A stretch of DNA of 64,000 nucleotides, taken from positions 1 to 64,000 of the IMG/VR virus record IMGVR_UViG_3300023440_000004. The stretch is one strand, 5' to 3'. This document shows positions 59,334-64,000 of the stretch, piece after piece. The first letter of the stretch is position 1; each line of letters begins with the position of its first letter. The notes below the pieces were generated by a model, which was not told the DNA's origin, ran no database searches, and worked only from the letters and a program-made list of their open reading frames with translations. The translations under genes and the position numbers were made by a program. Origin of the DNA: a virus.

Positions 59334-59848
59334 ATCGTCGCCGCTATCTCCTGGATCACATAATCATCACAGACGGGAGCCCCAGTCGTGGTCCGGCCCC
59401 AGACCCACCAGGAATCACCGGCAGGGCAAGGGAACACCGTCTCGTCATATCGAGCCAGCTTCATCGCGAACCATTCTGTGACGGCCCAGTACTCGAAGAT
59501 CTCTTGAGTGGACAGTTCGTCCCAGTCCAAATTAAGAATCTGGGAAACGATGTATTCAATTTCTTTCGGGTTCTCACTGGCCAGATAATGCAGCTCCTCC
59601 AAAATCGCCTCAGCGTCCCATTCCAGGCGCCCGTCGGGCTCGGAATCTGGGTCTATGCCCAAATATTCCATAAGCTCTTCCCGATACCGTTCCAGTTCAT
59701 GGAGTGGAATGTCCTCGACGATGTCCTCCAGGGGGCGCTCGGCGTACAGCGGGATTTCCTCTTCGAACTCCGACATCTGCCGGAGTGCGTCCATGGTGCA
59801 AGACACATTGCAGAGAATTTCCCGATCGACAAGGTCTTGTGGTTTCAT
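59330..59848 (-). CDS. strongly acidic hypothetical protein (172 aa)
   Basis: GGAGG RBS. About a quarter of residues are D/E and there are few K/R (hand count). Confidence 0.75.
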   Translation of the reverse strand: MKPQDLVDREILCNVSCTMDALRQMSEFEEEIPLYAERPLEDIVEDIPLHELERYREELMEYLGIDPDSEPDGRLEWDAEAILEELHYLASENPKEIEYIVSQILNLDWDELSTQEIFEYWAVTEWFAMKLARYDETVFPCPAGDSWWVWGRTTTGAPVCDDYVIQEIAATI

Positions 59849-59868
59849 CAGGTTACCTCCGTTGGTGG

Positions 59869-60087
59869 TTATGCAGGGATCGTTCCAGGATCGCTCATGA
59901 CTGATAACGAATTGAGACGTAGCTCCAACCGAGAACAGTCTATCCCTATCAGAGGGTTGGAGGTCAATACGTATGGCTCTGGACTATCCAAACTACACAG
60001 AAACACCTTTCGTCTGGTTCGCTCCGTCGTATACCAACGATCCAACGAATGAGCGATTCCCGTAGATTTATATAGCCTTAGTTTCAT
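59869..60087 (-). CDS. small MKL-start protein B (72 aa), paralog of C
   Basis: MKLRLYKSTGIAHSLDR...NSLSVMSDP compared with C: MKLKIYNLAGIAQSVNR...NSLTFVRDP. ATGA overlap. Confidence 0.6.
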   Translation of the reverse strand: MKLRLYKSTGIAHSLDRWYTTERTRRKVFLCSLDSPEPYVLTSNPLIGIDCSRLELRLNSLSVMSDPGTIPA

Positions 60088-60278
60088 GGATCTCTCACGA
60101 AGGTCAGTGAATTTCGACGCAAAACCATAACATTACGCGCAAAACCTGCCGCAGGGTTCGAGATATCGAGTCGAATAACCGGGTCGGGCAGGGACGCTAT
60201 TTGTATAGTGCCTACCGTCGAGTCACACCGATTCACCGATTGAGCGATTCCTGCGAGGTTGTATATCTTCAGCTTCAT
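60084..60278 (-). CDS. small MKL-start protein C (64 aa), paralog of B
   Basis: Internal ATG (residue 88) of track ORF 60084..60539. ATGA overlaps at both ends. Confidence 0.6.
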   Translation of the reverse strand: MKLKIYNLAGIAQSVNRCDSTVGTIQIASLPDPVIRLDISNPAAGFARNVMVLRRNSLTFVRDP

Positions 60279-60544
60279 GGCGCACTCCCAAGCTCCAGAA
60301 ACAATACAGGAACGTCTCGGACTCTGACCTCGACGCCATAGTCGGCAACGTCTTCGAGCTCCGTCTCCGACACGGCGCCCTTGCGTAAGTAGCCCTGGTC
60401 GATCAGCCAGATGAGCAACCGTTTGTCGTCCTCCCAAACGGCAGAGTCGATGACGGTCTCCGTTATTCTGGTCTTGTCGTTCCAGGTCCATTGACCGTCG
60501 TACAGTTGGGCGTCGATGGCCCAGATTGTGATTGGGCATTTCAT
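60275..60544 (-). CDS. hypothetical protein (89 aa)
   Basis: AAAGGAGG RBS. MKCPITIWAIDAQLYDGQWTWNDK... Confidence 0.7.
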   Translation of the reverse strand: MKCPITIWAIDAQLYDGQWTWNDKTRITETVIDSAVWEDDKRLLIWLIDQGYLRKGAVSETELEDVADYGVEVRVRDVPVLFLELGSAP

Positions 60545-60556
60545 GGGTTACCTCCT

Positions 60557-60763
60557 TTAGTAGAATTTGACCAAATAGAAAGCCCCATCAGAAACAGCCA
60601 CTTTATTCTGGGCTTGGTCAACAGGTATTCTGTATTGAAAAACTAATGGGGTCCCAGCAATGCCGGATCTAAAACTCAATATATCGATGGTTTTTACCTT
60701 GCGCTTCTCCAACTTCGATGTCGCTAAACGATGTCCTGGTTCAGTCAGCAACGTGAGTTTCAT
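60557..60763 (-). CDS. small MKL-start protein D (68 aa)
   Basis: Lies in a lower-GC segment, with a weak RBS and a weaker codon signal. Confidence 0.4.
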   Translation of the reverse strand: MKLTLLTEPGHRLATSKLEKRKVKTIDILSFRSGIAGTPLVFQYRIPVDQAQNKVAVSDGAFYLVKFY

Positions 60764-60947
60764 GAACTTTCCAGACCCAAAGTTCGTTTCGATTCAAATA
60801 GAAATTGACGAATCCGTAGAAGTCCCGAAATCCGGCCTTGGCTCGGGGAGCCCGCACCACTCTGACGCCTACTGACATGCTTGGCGGGATCTCCTTTTCG
60901 GTAAAGCTGAAGATCGGATTGTTGTTATTCTCAAACCGCACTTTCAT
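60741..60947 (-). CDS. small MKV-start protein E (68 aa), paralog of G
   Basis: SVGVRVVRAPRAKAGFRDFYGFVNFYLNRNELWVWK compared with G: SVGLTVGLHPAAKRGKRFLNGYVMAYLSKKEIWLWRK. Confidence 0.55.
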   Translation of the reverse strand: MKVRFENNNNPIFSFTEKEIPPSMSVGVRVVRAPRAKAGFRDFYGFVNFYLNRNELWVWKVHETHVAD

Positions 60948-61146
60948 GACGCTCCTCTTGGAACAAATGGATCGAGTCCCTCGAAAGACGGACGGCGTCG
61001 AACGCCAACCCTTTCGTTGGGGTATACGAACAAGCTACAGTGTTTTCTACTTCGAGATACAATTTTCTGGATCCTTGTTTCGCCCTAAGAATTCGAGGTG
61101 TCACGGCTTCCTGTGGCACTGCGTCTTCCAGTAAAAGAAGTCTCAT
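60931..61146 (-). CDS. small MRL-start protein F (71 aa)
   Basis: Internal ATG (residue 8) of the track ORF, giving an ATGA overlap with the stop of G. Confidence 0.45.
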   Translation of the reverse strand: MRLLLLEDAVPQEAVTPRILRAKQGSRKLYLEVENTVACSYTPTKGLAFDAVRLSRDSIHLFQEERHESAV

Positions 61147-61334
61147 TTTGCCTTTCTCCACAACCATATTTCTTTCTTGGACAAGTAAGCCATAACGTAA
61201 CCGTTCAGGAAACGCTTTCCCCTCTTCGCGGCCGGGTGTAAACCTACCGTCAACCCGACCGACACGCAGTCAGGTACCGGCGGGTCTTGACCGACCGCAT
61301 AGGTGGGGTAGTTATCGACTCTAACCAGCTTCAT
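61143..61334 (-). CDS. small MKL-start protein G (63 aa), paralog of E
   Basis: Internal ATG (residue 26) of the track ORF. ATGA overlap with the stop of the VWA gene. GGAGG upstream. Confidence 0.6.
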   Translation of the reverse strand: MKLVRVDNYPTYAVGQDPPVPDCVSVGLTVGLHPAAKRGKRFLNGYVMAYLSKKEIWLWRKAK

Positions 61335-62452
61335 AGCGCCACCACCTCCACTCCTTTGGGAGCGTTCCTGGCCTGGCTCGGGTCGTCCACAGCTACGACG
61401 ACAGGGCACGACGCCAGCCCGTAAGCTTCTTCGGCATCGTGGGTCTCCAAATCGGTGATGTGGACGATACAGTCTGGCTTTAACGTGCGGGCCAGCTTGA
61501 ACGCCGGTACGAAGGCCGTCCCACCGCCTGGTGGCAAGTCTTTGCCCGGCTCCAACAGGACGGCATCGACATCGTGGACGATCGTCTCGGCCTCGAAGCG
61601 ATCTCTACAGGCGTCGACCAGCGCTTGGGAAACGTCAAGCCGCTCGGCACGCGAGCCCGATACATCGACGATGACCAGGAGCCTCGGCCTGGGGAGATAG
61701 GCCCCGCCGCGCAGGTTCGTGTTCGTGCCCAGACGGCGGGGTCGGACCCAGGTCCTGGAGAACTGCCGTCGGCCGTCGATACCGTCGAGGCGGGACAGAA
61801 TGGCGTCGATCTTCGCCAACGGTTCCGGGCTGAACTCGACCGACCGGGTCTTGCGGTGGTGCAGCTTGCCGATGTCCCCCACGGCTCGGGAGACGTCCGG
61901 ATGTTTCTGCAAAGCCCTTCGGGCCCTGACGAGCGTCTCGGCGTGCCGCTTCTTCAACTCGTCCGGATCGCCGGTTCCGGGGTGAAGTTCGTCATGCGCC
62001 TGTCCGGGGCCTGAGGAAGCCGAGGAACGTTTCTTGAGCGTCTCGAAGATCATCGGGGCCGGAGGGACGTGGTCGGCAGGCAGCTCGGACGCGAACGACA
62101 GAAGCGTTTCGTAGACTATCGGTCGGGCCTTCTCGCCTTGGAGTTGCCGAACTACGCTGGTGAGTGGAGGCACCAGCTCCGAGCGGTTGATTCTGGCGTC
62201 ACACGCCACGTTCCAGAGCCTCGGGTCCTCCTTGGCCTGCTTCGCCAGAAGGTCACCATGAAGCACGTGAGCGAACTCATGGAGGAGCACCGCCTTGTGT
62301 TCTTCGTTGGATATATCGTTCAGCTGTTTAGGAATATGGATCGTGTAGCCTTTCCGATCGTCGAGAGTGACAGAGGGTGCCGGTGTATCGGTCCAGCGGA
62401 TCTTGATACCGCTGTCTTTGATGATGCAGTACAGGTCGCTAAGGGTGGTCAT
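61331..62452 (-). CDS. VWA-domain protein with an N-terminal putative zinc metallopeptidase domain (DUF2201-type)
   Basis: 373 aa. LLHEFAHVLHGD...WNVACDARIN matches the HExxH...NxAxDxxIN pattern of DUF2201_N. C-terminal MIDAS motif VIVDVSGS. AAGGAGG RBS. Confidence 0.75.
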   Translation of the reverse strand: MTTLSDLYCIIKDSGIKIRWTDTPAPSVTLDDRKGYTIHIPKQLNDISNEEHKAVLLHEFAHVLHGDLLAKQAKEDPRLWNVACDARINRSELVPPLTSVVRQLQGEKARPIVYETLLSFASELPADHVPPAPMIFETLKKRSSASSGPGQAHDELHPGTGDPDELKKRHAETLVRARRALQKHPDVSRAVGDIGKLHHRKTRSVEFSPEPLAKIDAILSRLDGIDGRRQFSRTWVRPRRLGTNTNLRGGAYLPRPRLLVIVDVSGSRAERLDVSQALVDACRDRFEAETIVHDVDAVLLEPGKDLPPGGGTAFVPAFKLARTLKPDCIVHITDLETHDAEEAYGLASCPVVVAVDDPSQARNAPKGVEVVAL

Positions 62453-62471
62453 CGGGTTACCTCCTTCGTTT

Positions 62472-63515
62472 TCACAGCCCCTTCTCTTGTAAACGCTTCA
62501 CCACCGGTTCCATGGCGTCATACAGATCGTCAGGCTCGACGCCCGGCAGGAACTCCACCTCGGGGTCTCCGGTACGATTGTACTGCTCTTCAAGAGCGTC
62601 GAAGAGTCCTGAGAGGAACCGGGAGCACAGGTCGGCGTTTCGCGTCTCCCACAACCGCTCGGTGAAGCGAGCGAAGGTCTCCGCCGCCTTGGGTCCGGAC
62701 AGATGCTCGGGGATGACGGCGGTAAGGGCGATGACCTCCTCCAGCTCGATGTCGTCCGGGTCGATGGTGCCCTCTCCCAACGCCTGGCAGATGGCTTTCG
62801 AGTCGAGGGTCTGATGACTGTCCAACGCTTCCAGGAATGGCTCCACCAGCGGCTTGGGCAGGACGCCGCCGGCGATCGCCTGACGGGTATCCTGAGGAAC
62901 CTCTTCAGGCAAGTGCGTGAGCAGGCGGTAGAGCAGCGTCACCTGACGAGGCGAAGGCTCCTCCAGGACCGGGAGCTTGGGAGACGGACCTGCCGGGAGG
63001 AAGGACAAGTCCATGCCGATCTGCTGCTGGACGTAGTTCCAGTCATAAGCCACCGGCAGGAACACGCACCGAGCGGCGATGGCCCGCCCAGTTTCGTCGG
63101 CGAGGAACTGGGCGGGCGGCACCGGCTGCATGGCCAGGATGAGCACGGTGTCGGGGTGCAGGGCGACGTTCCCCACCTTGAGCTCCCACAGGAGGGTCAG
63201 TACGGCGCCCATGACGTCCCGTCGGGCCTTGTCGAACTCGTCCAGGAACAGGACGTGAGGCTCCTTGGCGAGCCGGGTGGCCCACTCTGGGGCGGGCCAA
63301 GCGGTGCGTTTGGCGGTCACGTGCGGGATACCGGAGATCTCTTCCGGCATCATGTGGGCCAGGAGCATGGTATGCACCGGCAGGTTCAGCGCCTCGGCCA
63401 CCTGGTGCACCCGTGCGGTCTTGCCCGCACCCGTGGGGCCGACCAGACAGGGGCGGAGAGCGTGGGGGCCTTTGGTGAGATTGGCCAGGTGGGTGAGGGT
63501 GTCGGTGATGTTCAT
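62472..63515 (-). CDS. MoxR-like AAA+ ATPase (AAA_5 type)
   Basis: 347 aa. Walker A GPTGAGKT, Walker B VLFLDEFD. Paired with the VWA gene 19 nt downstream. Confidence 0.8.
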   Translation of the reverse strand: MNITDTLTHLANLTKGPHALRPCLVGPTGAGKTARVHQVAEALNLPVHTMLLAHMMPEEISGIPHVTAKRTAWPAPEWATRLAKEPHVLFLDEFDKARRDVMGAVLTLLWELKVGNVALHPDTVLILAMQPVPPAQFLADETGRAIAARCVFLPVAYDWNYVQQQIGMDLSFLPAGPSPKLPVLEEPSPRQVTLLYRLLTHLPEEVPQDTRQAIAGGVLPKPLVEPFLEALDSHQTLDSKAICQALGEGTIDPDDIELEEVIALTAVIPEHLSGPKAAETFARFTERLWETRNADLCSRFLSGLFDALEEQYNRTGDPEVEFLPGVEPDDLYDAMEPVVKRLQEKGL

Positions 63516-63727
63516 GTGCTACCTCCTTTCAGGTCGTCGGGATCTTCGAGCGCCAAATAGCGACGCCGTATGGTGACTTTGGCGAAAACTCGCTGACTCC
63601 TGGCGCTCGCGATGGTCGGTGAGACTATTCTAAATACAGTCACACGCCCCGAGACGGGGTGTCGTAGCGGCTCCGCCTCGAAGCGTTGGTATTGAGGGTC
63701 GGTCGGGTTCTGGAAATACAGTTTCAT
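63512..63727 (-). CDS. small MKL-start protein H (71 aa)
   Basis: MKLYFQNPTDP... The stop overlaps the MoxR ATG (ATGA). Confidence 0.55.
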   Translation of the reverse strand: MKLYFQNPTDPQYQRFEAEPLRHPVSGRVTVFRIVSPTIASARSQRVFAKVTIRRRYLALEDPDDLKGGST

Positions 63728-63909
63728 TTCTTTCTACGCAGGACCATACAGTCTCGCGCCAGGATCGTACACTTTCGATAGTTGATGTTCCTTTCGCCCA
63801 GCGCTACCGAAACTGGTAACACATCGATGATGATTTCGTGACGGCATGAATCGGTCGTCGGGAGCCAGGTCTCATACCAGCGGTATTCCGGTGTGTATTT
63901 GAGTCGCAT
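63724..63909 (-). CDS. small MRL-start protein I (61 aa)
   Basis: MRLKYTPEYRWYETW... The stop overlaps the ATG of H. Confidence 0.5.
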   Translation of the reverse strand: MRLKYTPEYRWYETWLPTTDSCRHEIIIDVLPVSVALGERNINYRKCTILARDCMVLRRKK

Positions 63910-63910
63910 C

Positions 63911-64000
63911 TCAATCTCCGTTCGTCAGCCATTCCTTCGCCGGGACGAAGCGCCACTGGCCACCGGCCTGACGGTAGGCGATGTACTCGTCTTCCGTCAT
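63911..64000 (-). CDS. C-terminal part of a gene running off the right window edge
   Basis: The open frame reads ...MTEDEYIAYRQAGGQWRFVPAKEWLTNGD*. The ATG at 63998-64000 may be internal. Confidence 0.4.
   Translation of the reverse strand: MTEDEYIAYRQAGGQWRFVPAKEWLTNGD

Noticed and set aside
60660-61134. Plus-strand ORFs 60660..60875 and 60838..61134, opposite small ORFs D, E and F.
   Set aside because: They have no RBS and no operon partners on that strand. The minus-strand ORFs have the ATGA coupling and, for E, clear paralogy to G. The low GC here makes both calls less certain.

Overview
The window reads as most of a GC-rich tailed dsDNA phage or prophage genome. Hand counts of sample lines give roughly 55-65% GC in genes. 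There are three transcription blocks. (1) Positions 1-1295 hold four leftward small genes. (2) Positions 3189-49821 hold a long rightward late block: two small genes, a KilA-N gene, primase-helicase, small and large terminase, about 13.7 kb of large virion or fibre-like genes, portal, scaffold, major capsid, a 3292-aa giant protein, a lysis cassette with many small membrane proteins, then more tail or fibre-like genes. (3) Positions 49796-64000 hold a leftward early and replication block: VRR-NUC nuclease, dCTP-deaminase-like protein, DUF3310, an intein-containing family A DNA polymerase, Cas4-like nuclease, SNF2 helicase, an SSB-tailed protein, HTH regulators, and an operon of small paralogous proteins around a MoxR ATPase / VWA-metallopeptidase pair. 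Genes are tightly packed, AGGAGG-type ribosome binding sites are frequent, and many stop/start pairs overlap as ATGA or TGATG. I recognised no tRNA, rRNA, CRISPR array, integrase or reverse transcriptase. The items I would look at first are these: the 1.9-kb gene-free region (1296-3188) with three different repeat arrays; a G-free C/A-rich tract (4413-4682); short direct repeats that duplicate the 3' end of one gene at the 3' end of the next (two cases); the giant protein; a 125-aa mini-intein in polymerase motif B; a truncated ThyX-like protein; and the small-protein family chained to the MoxR/VWA pair. All functional calls come from motifs recognised by eye. No database search was run.
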